A stretch of DNA of 64,000 nt, from the NCBI GenBank assembly GCA_001600815.1, contig BCKZ01000022.1, positions 1 through 64,000 of the forward strand, read 5' to 3'. The notes beneath the pieces were generated by a model that was not told the origin of the DNA, ran no database searches, and worked only from the letters and a program-made list of their open reading frames with translations. The translations under genes were made by a program, and so were the position numbers. Each line of letters starts with the position of its first letter. Positions within the stretch are counted from its first letter, which is position 1. Shown piece after piece: positions 22,569 through 36,083 of this stretch. Origin of the DNA: Alloascoidea hylecoeti (lineage: Eukaryota).

Positions 22569-25500
22569 ATGACTTCCTTGGTTAGAAATTTAGCAGATTA
22601 TTTGGATGATGATGACGAAAATGACCTATTAAAGAAGAGAAAGTTACAGAATGAGAATGTGATTAGCAACGCGTCGTCTGAAGATGATTGTAAGTAAATA
22701 AACTACTCCTCGATTTTTAAAAAAATGATTAAAAAACTAATCACCATGATACATTATAATTAGTGATGAAGAATGCTCCTGCTGGAACAATTGTACGCGT
22801 TAGATTAAAGAATTTTGTTACCTATTCTTCAGCTGAATTTTCATTTTCACCTACTCTTAATATGGTTGTTGGTCCTAATGGAACAGGGAAAAGTACATTT
22901 GTTTGTGCAATTTGTCTTGGTCTTTGTGGTAATCCATCATTATTAGGTCGTCAAAAAACTATATCTGAATTTGTTAAAAATGGTCAACAATCTGGAATTA
23001 TTGAAATCGAACTAAAAAATTTTAAAGGTAAAAGAAATTTAATAATTACAAGAAATATTAATATTAATAATAGTTCACAATGGTACTTAAATGGTAATTC
23101 ATGTAGTGAAAAAACTGTTAAAAATTCAATTAAAGATATGAATATTCAAATTGATAATTTATGTCAATTTTTACCACAAGATAGAGTTGTTGAATTTGCA
23201 AGATTAAAATCTGAAATGTTATTACAAGAAACTGAAAGAGCTGTTGGTTCAATTAATTTATTATCAAATCATAAAAAATTAATTGAAATTGATGAAATTT
23301 TTGAAGAAATTTTAAAACAAATTAATTTTATTAAAAATCAAATTAATGATTTAAATCATTTACAAGAAGGTTTAAAACCTGATGTTGAAAAAGAGGAAAA
23401 TTTAAAAAAATTTAAAAAAGATATTGATTATGCTTATATTCACTTATCAATTATTAAATATAATGAATTAAAAGATGATTTTACAAAAGCAAGAGATGAT
23501 GTTAAAAAAGCAGCTAACGAACTTAGTAAATATGATGATGATACAAGACCTTTAGATAATAAATTAGCACAAAGAAAACAAGAAGGTCGTGAAATTACTG
23601 AAGAATTAGATACAATTACAAATGTTGTTTTTAAACAAAAAGATCAATATAATACAGTTGTTAAAAAAATGGAAAATCTCCAAAATGAATTATCTTCAAT
23701 TCAAGGAGAAATTGATAGTAAAAAGAAAGAAAGAGATCGTAATATTAAAAAAAGAGATCAATATAAAGAAAGATTAGGTCAAGAAAAAGATCGATTTAAT
23801 AATTTAAAATTACCAAATCCTGAAGAATTAACTAGAATTAAAGATGAATTACGTCAATTAAATTCAAAAAAATATAAATTTGATGAAGCTTATGATGAAG
23901 AAAAAAAATCTCTTCAACGCGTTAGAGCAAGAATTCAAGAAAATAAGATTCAAATTAAAACATTATCAATTAAAATTCAAAAAAATGATAGAATTGGTAT
24001 TTTAAGAAGTATTAAAAATAGACAAGGCACTAATCTTTTTAACGCTATTAACTATTTAAGAGATAATCCAGATAGATTTGAAGGTAAATATCTTGAACCA
24101 CCAATTATGACAGTAACTGCTTCCGACCCTTATATTGCAGCAATTTTAGAAACAGTCTTGACTTTTCAAATGCAACTTGCCATTACAACAACTTCAAGAG
24201 AAAACTATAAAGAAATTGCATATGAAATTTTAGATAAACGCCACTTTAACGTTGGTTTACGTGATTATTCTAACAGAAGGCCCATAGACCATCCTCCAAT
24301 GGCTCTTGATGAACTTAAACAACTTGGATTTGATGGTTATATCACAGATTTTATTAATGGACCACCAGAAGTTATAAAAATGTTATGTTATGAAGCTCAT
24401 ATTAATGAAATACCAGTATCTAAAAGAGATTTTACACCACAACAGATGGAAAGAGTTAATAATCTTGTTCGGAATGATAGAAATGTTTTTATACGATATG
24501 TAGCTGGTGGAATATCATATAGTATTGGAAGATCTAAATATGGTAGTCGTCAAAGATATACAACATCATTACCTATTAAAGATAAAGCTTATCTTTTCTC
24601 GGTTACTGGTATAACTGATTCAACTTTAAACAGAATTGAACAACAAATGGCGGAAAAGGGTAAGCAAAATGAACAATTGGAAGAAGAAGAAGTTCGAATT
24701 CTTGAAAAAGGAAGATCTGTTAAAACTGATACTGATGAAATTATAAATGAAATGAGGCAATTAACAAATGACAAAGAACGTATGGTAAGGGCAAGGAAAG
24801 ACTATCAAAGATCAGAATCAGATATTAATCTTTTACAAGAAGAACTTGATAATATAATTAGAAGTTTAAGAAAAGATGATTCGACAGAAATAGAAAGGGC
24901 AGTTAAAAGAAGAGGTAAATGTTTAATGAAACTGGCTCATGTTGCTATTGAAGCATCTACAACTTCAAGACATTTAATTAAATATAGTGATAGACTCACA
25001 AAGGCCAAACTTACAAAATTGTCATTTGAAAGTGATATAAATACTTTGAAAGAATTGATTGAAGCATGTACTGGTGGAAAGGAAAGATTAACGCGTCAAT
25101 TAGAAGAACTTAAACATCAAGCGAAAATATTACGATCTAGTTTGAAAGAAAGTCAAGGAAGAGTGACAGATATAATGAAGGATTTAGAAGATGTTGATAA
25201 AGATGCTATTAGTGAGAAAATGGCATCATACCAAGAAGAAGGTATTTTTGATCAAGAACATATTCAAATTGAAATACAGAGATTGAAAAATCTTGTAAGA
25301 TTAAATACTGTTTCTAATCACGGTGCTAAAGAACAATATGAAACTCGATTACAAGAAATAAATGCCTTAGAAGAAAAACTTGAAAGACTTGTACAAAATA
25401 GACAGATCATGGAACAAGATATAGTTGATATTCGAGCAGATTGGGAACCGGAACTTGATCGATTAATCTCAGTTATTTCACAAAGATTTTCTGAATCATT

Positions 25501-25945
25501 TTCAACTGTTGGAAGTGCAGGTGAAGTAAGTGTTGCTAAATTGGATCGTTTCCGTGATTGGAGACTTGAAATCAGAGTGAAATTCAGAGATGAATCTGAA
25601 TTAAGACAATTAGATGGTTCATTCCAATCTGGTGGAGAAAGAGCAGTATCAACAGCATTTTATATGCTTGCTTTACAAACATTAACTAAATCTCCATTTA
25701 GAGTTGTTGATGAAATTAATCAAGGTATGGATCCTAGAAACGAACGAATTGTTCATAGACATATGGTTAAGATTGGTTGTGAAGAATCAGCATGTCAATA
25801 CTTTTTAATTACACCAAAACTTTTATCAAATCTTTATTATCATAAAACAATGAGAGTACATTTTATTATGGCAGGTGCATTTGTTCCTGATCCATCGAAA
25901 GAACGAAAATACTTAACATTTGGACAAGTCAGACGTTATACCTAA
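22569..25945 (+). CDS. SMC5: Smc5 (SMC5/6 complex); exons 22569-22689 and 22764-25945
   Basis: LKNFVTY, GPNGTGKS, DNLCQFLPQDRV, QSGGERAVST and FRVVDEINQGMD. The GTAAGT...ACTAAT...TAG intron preserves frame. Confidence 0.97.
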
Positions 25946-26745
25946 TTATAATGATTGTTAAATACTTGTATTAGTAGTGTTACATAATATGTTATTTCTT
26001 CATATTCTAATCTTATAAGGGTGGTAGCACGGATGCGACAACAATGCGCCAATCGACAACCCTCTCGAAATTATCTGCCCTGTTTTCTTTTTCATCACAC
26101 AACCACCAACAATGGCAAAATCCAAAAGACACCTCAGAGCACGTGCATCAAGAGACAAAGAAGCAAGATACTGAAAACTGTGGGAAGAAGAAGTCATCCC
26201 GAGCTGAGCATATCCATTGAATGAGTTTTTACATAGACCGGGTTATCCCATTTAAATCTCAAATATTGTATTAATTATAGACAATCCGTATCAACAGCTA
26301 TGAGAGTTCCCAAGATCGACAGATTCCGAAGAGAATCGGCTAACTGATGTGCGACTTTAATATGCAAAAATGGGGATGACAATCGATAAAACACTGCTCT
26401 ATTGTTTCATGAATTAGTTGATTGACCGGCGGTATTCACCACCATCAAGAAGTCAACAAAGAACGCCATTACTCGCTAGTATGGTTGTTTTAATTGGGTG
26501 GATCTCTTTCTGAAGAGGAATCTGATGATTTCTATCAAAAAAGAAAAGGGATTAGACACATCGGTCTTTTAGTAGTGATGCTTACAAGTTCAACAAAAAG
26601 ATCCTCTATGGACCAGAATGACAGCCCCGGCCGAAAAAAAACAATTTAGACTAGGGATGATCTATGTAAGGAGCAAAGGATCGGCATCTTTTAATATCAT
26701 CTAGGGGTCTGGAGAGACTGGAATTTGACCGTATAATACGACTAT

Positions 26746-26938
26746 GCTGGTGAAGCCTAATTAACTGTTTGGAGTTCAACATTAAAAAGAACTCAACAAA
26801 CTGTAATACATTTAAAATATCCTCAATTACAATGGAAAGCCTTATGCAGAAGTTGAAGAAAAATTACCTGATCATGATGATTTTAAAACTCGTGATGATA
26901 ATAAGTTTGAATATATATATAGAGGTGGTGAATCTTAT
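26746..26938 (+). pseudogene. FBP26: Internal fragment of fructose-2,6-bisphosphatase (FBP26-like)
   Basis: LTVWSSTLKRTQQT..HLKYPQLQWKAL / YAEVEEKLP..DFKTRDDNKFEYIYRGGESY. The intervening DELDAGxCDGxT segment is missing. Confidence 0.88.
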
Positions 26939-27099
26939 ACTATCATAATTAATTAATACATATTCATTTATTTCATATACGTATAAATAATACATGTCAA
27001 TAATCAAAAACTACACAAATTCATTAAATAGCAAAATTATCACAAGTCAAGTAGACAAAAATATAATAACAATAATAAATTATTTAATCATCATCTCAA

Positions 27100-28330
27100 A
27101 ATAAATCATTTAATTATTGAAAATCTCTTGCTTTTCCAATTTTTAATTGTTCTTCTATTTCTTCATTTGATTCTCCTTTAAGTTTTGGTTTATTGCTGGA
27201 GAATCCAAAATCGATAAAGTAAATAGTTTCATCTGAACTTTCAATTAAATTTTCTTTTCTGATATCTCCATGTATAATATTTTGAGAACGTAATATTTTT
27301 AAATTTGATACTATTTTTGGCAAATTATCGTCATTTGTAAAATCTGGTTTCTTTCCCGTTATATTCCTCATTAATATATAAATGCCTCCATCTTCATGAT
27401 GCTTATCAGAATCAGATTTAATTATAATAGATCCAAAACAGATTAAGTCTGGAACAAAATTAATCTGATTTTTACATTTCTGTATCAAGCAATAGGTGTC
27501 ATATTCTGTAGCAAAATGTTCCATACATTTCTTTGGCATATTTTCAATATCATCAGTTCCTTGATTCGCGCAATAGGGATCATATATTTTTAAGATGTAT
27601 TGGGTATTTTCTTCCAATGGAAGGGAAGAACTCCATTATCATCACTCATATCTTCTAGGGTGTTTTTAGAAACCCTAAGAACTTAAGAGTGATACTCTCT
27701 GTGGCGCGAATATTGCACCGTTAATTTCTCCAATTTCAACGGTGTCAAAGCATCTTTATTTAAACATAAATCTCTTCGTATAAAACTTATTGTTTTTTTG
27801 ATCTGATTATTTTTCTAATGAAAATGATTGAGTACAAAAGTAATTGTTTCTCTTTGATAATTACATATTTTATAGGTATTTTCTTGTAAGAGGTGATATT
27901 ATCAAACTGTGTTTCATAATCATCATATTTTATTTTATTTTCAGCGTCGATATCAATTTGATATAATATAGAATATAGTTGAATAGTAATTGGAAACCCA
28001 TCCGAATGGTGTACTACTCAATAAACACTGATGAACCGATTGAATAAACATATCATTGAAATCTTTTTCGAAAGGTAAATCATCTTTGTTTAGAATTTGA
28101 ATGACCGGTCTTTTCAGTTCAATACAAATTATTGTATGGTGTTCTTAGTAAAAAATCAGGGACAACTCTATATCCCGAGAGGATGCGATCTCAATGAATT
28201 TTGCGGTGCAAATTTTAGCCTACATTGGTCCTGGTAATCAAGAAGCCGTATTAAATATTTTGTTACTTGAAAGATTCTTTTTTCTAGGATCGAAGTAATT
28301 TGAGCTTCATTAATTGGCCTATATACTTCA
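27100..28330 (-). pseudogene. Decayed PD-(D/E)xK nuclease plus protein-kinase fusion gene
   Basis: Kinase motifs ILKIYDP, VPDLICFG, IHGDIRKENL and YFIDFGFS (27114-27617). Upstream, frameshifted RVVPDFLL / IICIELKRP (28100-28170) and QSVHQCLL..PFG / SDG (about 27990-28050). Confidence 0.7.
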
Positions 28331-28863
28331 ACTATTTCCCGATTTAAAGTTGATAAAATGATTTAATTTAGTTTGGTAATATCCATATGTGACAATTTGA
28401 GTAGTAGTAATTGTATATCAGTAAAGGTTTACATTTATGTATTCTCAAGTGGTGACCAATTTGAAGCTGATGTTCACAATTATGTAGGGAAGGAGCTATT
28501 TTACGAAGGGTTCTCGTAATATCTGTGAATTTACGAATTTTATAAGTAAAACAAAAGTTAGGTAGCAATAGTAATTTTAAAAAAATTTTAGAAGTAAAAT
28601 AATAATATATATCAACTTTAATAAAATGACGATTGAATCACTAAGTGAAGTCAATACCAATATTTGATAAAAGTTCATCATAATTACTTTAGATCGCGCC
28701 AGTAGTTTAGGGTTTTATCAAATGGTACTGCCTTGGTCCTTTCATATAATTTCCAATTAAAAATTATAACTAGAAACTGTGTAGGAAATGTCTACTATTG
28801 TGAAGATAAAACTATATTTTCCAATTAAATTATATAACTAATTTTTTTTTTAACTTTAACAAA

Positions 28864-29200
28864 TGTTGGTATCTTGAGATGGGAAGTTTTAACGACGACT
28901 GGCCTTTGTGGCGTAGGGCGAGCAAAGCCCACCACGTATTCAATAGCGGTCTACAAACGGAAGGTTAGGGTCCGCAATAGCGAGTTACTGTAAACTCAAA
29001 CTAAATTGGTACGTTGCTAGCATTGAGGGGAACTGATGAGATAGTTATAATCTTAACTTTCGGTAATATTAACTACTTCCTTGTCACCAAGATCAAAATC
29101 CCCCTTTTCTCCAACTATGTGCATGACCAGTATGAAAACTACTTAAGATTATCATATTATAAATATCCATTAATGAACATTCGATATTCTAGAATCAACA
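28864..29200 (-). repeat. Candidate 3' LTR (TGTTG...CAACA, 337 bp)
   Basis: On the minus strand it begins directly after the polypurine tract GGGGGAG (29201-29207). 5-bp inverted termini. Confidence 0.65.
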
Positions 29201-32200
29201 CTCCCCCGAAATTGAAAAATCATAATGATTGAGAAATTTTAAAATATGTGAATAATACTGGATAAATTTGATATAATTCATAAATTTAAAGTAATAAAAA
29301 CATATCAAATTGCTTAATACTCGAACATGAATATAACAAATCTTCAAAATACAATCCAATCGTAGTATCTTGATTTTTAGATGTAAAAATACAATTTTCT
29401 CCTATAATTGAATTAAATGCTTTTTCTTTTAAGTACTTAGAAATATTTCGATGCCAATTTACGCTTGCCTGAGGTAATCCATAGGTGTATCTGCCGAGCA
29501 ACCAACAATGATTTTTGGATGTACTAAAACCTTGTGGTTCTCGACAGATAATAACGTCTTTGTTGTTGACTTCTGCATTAAGATATGCGTTTTGAAAGTC
29601 GATGTGGAAAATAACATGTTTCTTAATTATTGCATTTACTAAGCATCTAAAAGATTGTAAATTTAAAACAGGAGAGTAAAAATTTGGTTTTAGATCAATA
29701 TATTCTTTACCCTTTTTTAACATATCTCCTCGTAGTACCAACCTTGCCTTGAATTTGGTTACAAATTTGTTAGACAGGTCCTTTTTGAGTGCAAAATCCC
29801 ACATTGTATTGATGGGTTTACATCCTAAATTTTGTAGTTCAGAAGTATCAATTACTTGAAAGACATTCATGTGTCGAAAAACTTGTATTTCAGATTCCAT
29901 CGCATTCTGCCAAAATGCATGAAATGGATTATTAATATTAATAGCTTCAGTATAAGATGACGGAATTTGTACATCAGTAACTTTAATTTTTTTACCATCA
30001 TAATACGGTAATTTTCCATATTCAGAAACTTCATCTATTTCTTTACTCTGTTGATCATCAGATTTCAAAATGGTTAATGCAATTTTATGAGGTTTTCCTT
30101 CTTTAAAGAATATTCGAAACATTTTAATTTTGCGTTTTTTCTTTTCCTTCCTTTTCATATCGTCAATCTTATCTTCTTCATCCAATTTTCTTTTATTTTT
30201 ATTTATGGTATTAAGATTTTCAACTTCAGTATTATCAATTGTAACTAAATCATCATCATTTATTTTTGATGTAGTTTCTTGAATATTTTGATTGGAATCT
30301 TCATGATTATGCCATTAATATTCTTTATTAAATTCTTCTTCAGTTAGAATATCATTCATACTTGATGCATTAATATTTTTATTATGAATATTTTCTTCTA
30401 TAATTAATTCATTTTTATCCGAATCTATCACTTCAGTAAATTTACTATTTTCATCAACAATTATAGAATTTTGTGTTAGCTCAGAATTTTTATTATCCAT
30501 TTGCTTAGTAATTTGATTATCCTTATCATGAATATCATTATTTTGGGCGGTTTCAATATGTCCACTTTTCTGAGTAATATGATCATGATCTGATTCAACT
30601 TCAACAGTTTCAATATGTTTAACACCATGATCAATATTTGGTTCAATACCAACAGTTTCAATTGGTTTCATACTCTGATCAACATTTGTATTAACATTTT
30701 GTTTACTAATATTTTTATTAGAGTCAATATCTTTATTTTTAAATTTCTTAGTAATTTTTGTATTGTCTGAATCATTATTAACAGATATCAATTTTGGTTT
30801 CACATTTGTCAATTTATCTCTTTAGGTTTATCGGATAATTTATCTTGACTAACATTAGGTTGCTCAATAATTTTTTGTTTTTACTTTATCATTGTCTAAA
30901 TCACTTGTTGAAATATTACTTTCTTTTTCAAGTTGAGTATCATTCATATCAATATCCATGGATGTGGACTCTGTAATTGGAGATATAATTATTTGTGATT
31001 GTTGATATCCTTCATTTACTTCCAAACTATTCAACAAATTTGAAGATGAATATTCATTATTGCTTGTGGATGTTTTGATTCCTTTCAATTTTTCTATCTT
31101 GTTTTTTAATAATTTTAATTCTTCTGGAAGGAGAAATGTTGCTGACAGTTTGACATCTCTGGAAAATACAATTTCGTATTTTTCTAAGTCCATGCATGTA
31201 AATCCAGACTTATTTGTTGAGATACCTAAAACAATAACTTTGAGTCTCTTTCTATTATCCAATGATTTTTTTGATTTTTTTCTTAACACCTTAGGATTTA
31301 CCATGCAACCTATAGATCCGAATATGGGTAATGAATTTGCGTTGAAAGCCATTTCATGCAATGCAAAATAGGGTGACGTCTGAATGGTATTGTGATATAT
31401 AGCATTATATATGTTTGTTCAATGCATAATCCCAAAATACCTCTGGTATTCCAGATGATATGAGCATATTTGTTAATAACTGTTTTACCGTTTTAACTGC
31501 ACGTTCAGCAATACTATTCTGTTGTGGAGTATAATTATAAGAAGCTTAATTTTATTCCCATCTCCCAAAGTTGTTTTCTCATAGCTATAATATCAGTACC
31601 ATTATCGGAATGTGCTTCTTGAATTTTTTTTCCCAGAATTCTTTCTAAATATAGTAAATTTGGTTTAAATATGTTCATTAAATTTTTCGAATTATTTATT
31701 GATAGTGATCAAAGAACGAATATTTTGTTCTACAATTAAGAGAAACTTTGTGTTATTTCTTATACTTGTACCAAATCCAAATCCAATGTCTATTTGAAGG
31801 ATTCTTTCAATAGCATCATTCTTTCTTTTTCATTGTTCCCTTAAATGATTCACGGGCAGAGTGAGAAACAGCACATGTCTCACATTCTTTTTGAGTAATC
31901 TTCTTATTTTGTGTTACTAAGACACTAGCTTCAATACTTTTACATATTTTTAAAGCACTGGTATGAGCAAGCCGTTGATGTAGTTCCTCAAAATTTACAT
32001 CATTCAAATCTTCATTTAACTTATCATCAATTTTTTTATTGTTAATCACTAACAAGGAAGTTATTGTCAAATTTGCATTTATATCAGTCCTTATTATAGG
32101 TGATTTTTTTTAAAATATAATTGTTGTTTATTTTTTCAGCAATAACAACATCCGTCTTATTTTCAGGTGTGATCATTTGTACTACTCCATTACCAAGTTG

Positions 32201-34054
32201 GAATACATGTTGATGGAAGGCAGAAGGAGCGAATAGGTTAAATGGGAACGAGGGAACATATAAAGCATATAATTCATACACTTATGAACCTAGTTCTAAG
32301 TCTATGTATCCAGCGCCCATTATTATTTGCTTTGATCCGTCCGCTATGGTAACTGTTTGTTTATTTGCATTCTTCGAATAATCGATGAATTTCTTAAAAA
32401 CTGATTTTAAATTCAGAATAATCTCTGAAGCTCCTGAATCAAAGATCAATCTGTTTCCCTCAACAGATTTTTTTTCATTTGAAATTTCTTTTTGTACTAC
32501 ATTTTCTTCTTGTTTTTAACTATCTAGCCATTTTTTCTGATATTTGTGATATTTAGGGCATTTGGATGTCATGTGTTTGATGGAATGACAGAAATCACAA
32601 CATAAAATGCATGGTTGTCCTTCATAAGAATAAGATATCAAATCAGAAGTAACTGTATATTCTTTTTTAGACCAAAAATCTCCAGGTAAATGAGATGGTT
32701 TATGACATTTTGAACAAAAAACTTGCATTTCTTCTCCTTGAAAATTAATTGTCCCTGGACGTTTAATTTTTTCTTTCGTCTTTTTATTATTATTATTGTT
32801 ATTATTATTAATGTTTTTATTTTGTTTTCTTTTATCAACATTAATTTTATTTATCTTGTTTTTTTTTCATTAGTACCACTTTTATCACTTTTATTTAATT
32901 TTGAATTTTTTGTATAAAATGCATTATTTTCATTTAAAGTCTCATTTAACACAAATTTATTTATCCCATATTGATCAATTGTTTCCTTAATGAGTTTTTG
33001 CATATTAGGGAATTTAAAACGGTTTAATATTTCAGTATTATTGTAATCGATTTTTCCGTCTTTCAATAATTCATCAGGTTTAAAAGAATTACCGACTAAT
33101 ATTGCTAAAACGATCTGAATGGGAGGATTTTGTAAGTCTTTAAAGGTAAACTTTAAGTCAGAAATTAAGTTGCATAAATGTTCAAATTCTTTTGTTATCT
33201 CTTCCGATGAAGATAAATTACTATTCATGGCTTTGAAATAATCCTTTATAAAACTCTTTAATTTATCAGTGAGAGTGATTAGAGGTGATTGTGTTTCTAA
33301 AGTTTGAATTTGTTTGAATAGTTTATAAGACTATCTTTCAAAAAGACTAAGATCTTCTAAAATGTTTTTAATTTCAGTCGTTTTATTGATATATTCCATG
33401 ACAACTGAATCAATTTTTTGAACATTTCCCATTGCTTCCTTTATTTCATCTGAAGCTTTTGGATTATTGTTCCTTGTAAAGTAATTGCTTAAATCAAACT
33501 TGAAATAATTAAGAGTATTTATTCCAGCTTGAGATAACTGCAAATCAAGGCCAAATTTTCATTCTTCCTTATTACTTCCAATGAAAATATTTGTAGGTTT
33601 TGCATCATTTAAAATTGATACAAAAGTTTTGTAATTAAAAGTTGGTTCTAATAATTCAGGTAAGTTCAATAAGTTGAACTGTCGATTGAAGTATCTGGCA
33701 TTCAAATCCCTCATATCACTTTGTATCATCATTTGCGCATCCTGATTATATTGACTTACACCAAATTGTAATTTGTCGTAAATAGTTTGCAAATCCTTGG
33801 TTGATCTCGACATAAGTACGGCATTTAAGCTTTGATCATAGTCTTTGTAATTTTCAAATGTTACTATATTTCCCAAGAGATCTATTTCAGAAGAGGTTGA
33901 AATCTTTTGAAAAATATCGAAATTTTTTCCATCTAATAAACTTTTTAATAAATCTTTGGCTGCATTTCTGTCAAAAGGTTTATCTGTTGTTTTTTGTAAT
34001 TTTTTTAATCTTTGAATTAGTAGTTGAATTCATTTTGGATTGCTCAAGTACGAA

Positions 34055-34068
34055 CAGGGCTCATAACC
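34055..34068 (-). promoter_or_regulatory. Primer-binding site complementary to the tRNAi-Met anticodon arm
   Basis: Minus strand GGTTATGAGCCCTG just upstream of gag, the Ty5/copia half-tRNA priming type. Confidence 0.85.
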
Positions 34069-36083
34069 TCTTCACCGAGATCAAAATCCCCCTTCATTTG
34101 TGATCCAATCGCCCCATTGGCTTCAAAGGACAAGTACTTCTTACTAAAGTTAAAAATTACTCCAGAGGAAAGCGAAAAGATGGCATGTATAATATTATAA
34201 TAGCTATAAACTCAATTTTATTTATATTATGTGTTATTTGATGGTAAAGTTTCAACACTATTTCTTATACCTTCTTGATATTATGTTATTTATGATCCAT
34301 ATACCGTTAAAAAATGTAGGATCTATTTTTACCATTATTGCCAGCAATCAATACTCTAATAAATATATCATATAACTGTGAAAAAAGCTTATTTGGCTTC
34401 TGTAATTGATCAAGATAAAAAGGCCAGACAAACTTCACCGCAACATTATCACAGTACTATGCATACCGGTATACACAGTTTTAAAAGGGTCTGATGTTTT
34501 CAAGTCAATTGGGAATAATTGTCAAAAAGATCAAAGCAATCAACCCCGAAACAAAATATCAGCCACCTTGAAAAAATACCAGTACGTGCTTGAATAAAAA
34601 TCAAAAAACAATTTTCTAGATGAGAGCAAAAGTATTGATTCAAGATGATCCAAAACAACCACAAAAATGGTCAAATCCCATAGATTGTAATGTACAAATT
34701 GACCGTTGTACCCATCCAACTACTCTTGTGAAATCTAGATCTAGAGTACCTCCCATACTTTGAACTCTATTTATATTTTGCTTTGTTCTCCTTTTCATCA
34801 TCATCATCATAGAAGAAGACACAATTTTTATCTTATAACTTTACCTCTCCTATTATTATCTTAACTACCTTTTTATATTTCTTTACATACAAATTTAATA
34901 CAAATTATTTTATTTTAAAAACAAGCACTTAATTACCCAACAATTGGTTGTGTTTTCTAGTGTTAAAAAGACTACAGACATCTGAATTACAAAATCTGAA
35001 AATTGGTTTATTTGATCCTGCTGTATTCGTGTTATATCTAGCTAGATTTAGTTTTATATTTAAATTATATCTTCTAGGAGGTGTTTTACTCTTTTTAACT
35101 TTTCGCACTTAACTTCTTTCTTATCTTATATAAATAATTCATAAGTAACTTATTTGTATGATAATACAAGCTACTGGGAAACCGCTCCGTAAATTATTGA
35201 AAAAATTGGATATGTTAGAAGTTGTGAGAAAAGGCCCTTATTTTTGAGGGTGGTTGGTTCTTACCCACGAGAATGAATTATTTTTGAGTTACATAGTTTG
35301 AAAGAGAATTTATTGTTTTTAATTTTAGTTGACCAATTACTATACTTGTTTTTATTATTAAAGCTATTAATGAGAGATCATTAGCTATTCTCTTAATTAT
35401 AGAAAAAATACCTATTGGAGATATATATAGGAGAAGAAAGAATCTTTTCTTTTGGAAAAAAAGAGAATAAAAGAGAAAAAAATAACATTATTATTGGTAT
35501 AGGTTTTTTATTGTTATAAGTTTTTATTATACAGCTTTGTTATAGCTTTATAATACATTTTTACCTTTATATTAAATAAGTCTATTATTATCAAAAGTAT
35601 TAAGTCTTTTCTGTTAAGAGCTATCAAAAAGGTTTTGTATAGTTCTTGAACGAATGTAACTCACGATATAATAAATACTCCACCAAAGATGCAAGAGCTT
35701 GAGAGTTTTTCTACATTATTGCAGTTGAAAGACACTCTTATTGATATCTCTCTATATACTAGAACAAATTAGATCAAAAGGCTCACAAAACATATTTGAA
35801 GATGTTAGATAATTGGATCCTGAATGCGCTTCTTCTTAACTACTGAGAGAGGGGAAATGCATGCATAGCATATTAGCAACAATGGGGTTGCAATATTTGG
35901 ATATCTGCATTAATATAACGAAAGTAGTGATTTGGCACCATTAATTGCATAAATATTTCTTATCCAATATCAAATATTATAAATTTAAAAAAATAATTAT
36001 AGAATACATAGGTATGATAAAAGTAATTAACAAATCAAAATAACAAACAAAAAATTTGGGAGTGAAATAGTAAAACATCAATC

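Larger units (their letters stand above)
28864..34257 (-). mobile_element. Degenerate Ty1/copia (Ty5-like) LTR retrotransposon, RNase H deleted
   Basis: In minus-strand order: PBS, gag with two Zn-knuckle-like motifs, protease LIFDSGAS (about 32440), pre-integrase HQRLAH..CETC, integrase HSDNGTD and TPQQNSIAER, SH3, RT KFKARLVLRG, HIDFQNAYL, YGLPQAS and LYFEDL, then PPT. Many frameshifts. Confidence 0.93.

Noticed and set aside
29025..29082. Hammerhead ribozyme (GGAA-CTGATGA-stem-...-TTCC)
   Set aside because: The required GAAA after stem II reads GGTAA and there is no convincing stem III.
34733..34746. Recurrent TAGATCTAG palindrome (also about 50264 and 62916) as Helitron or MITE ends
   Set aside because: No shared flanking sequence or paired termini; short palindromes are expected in AT-rich DNA.
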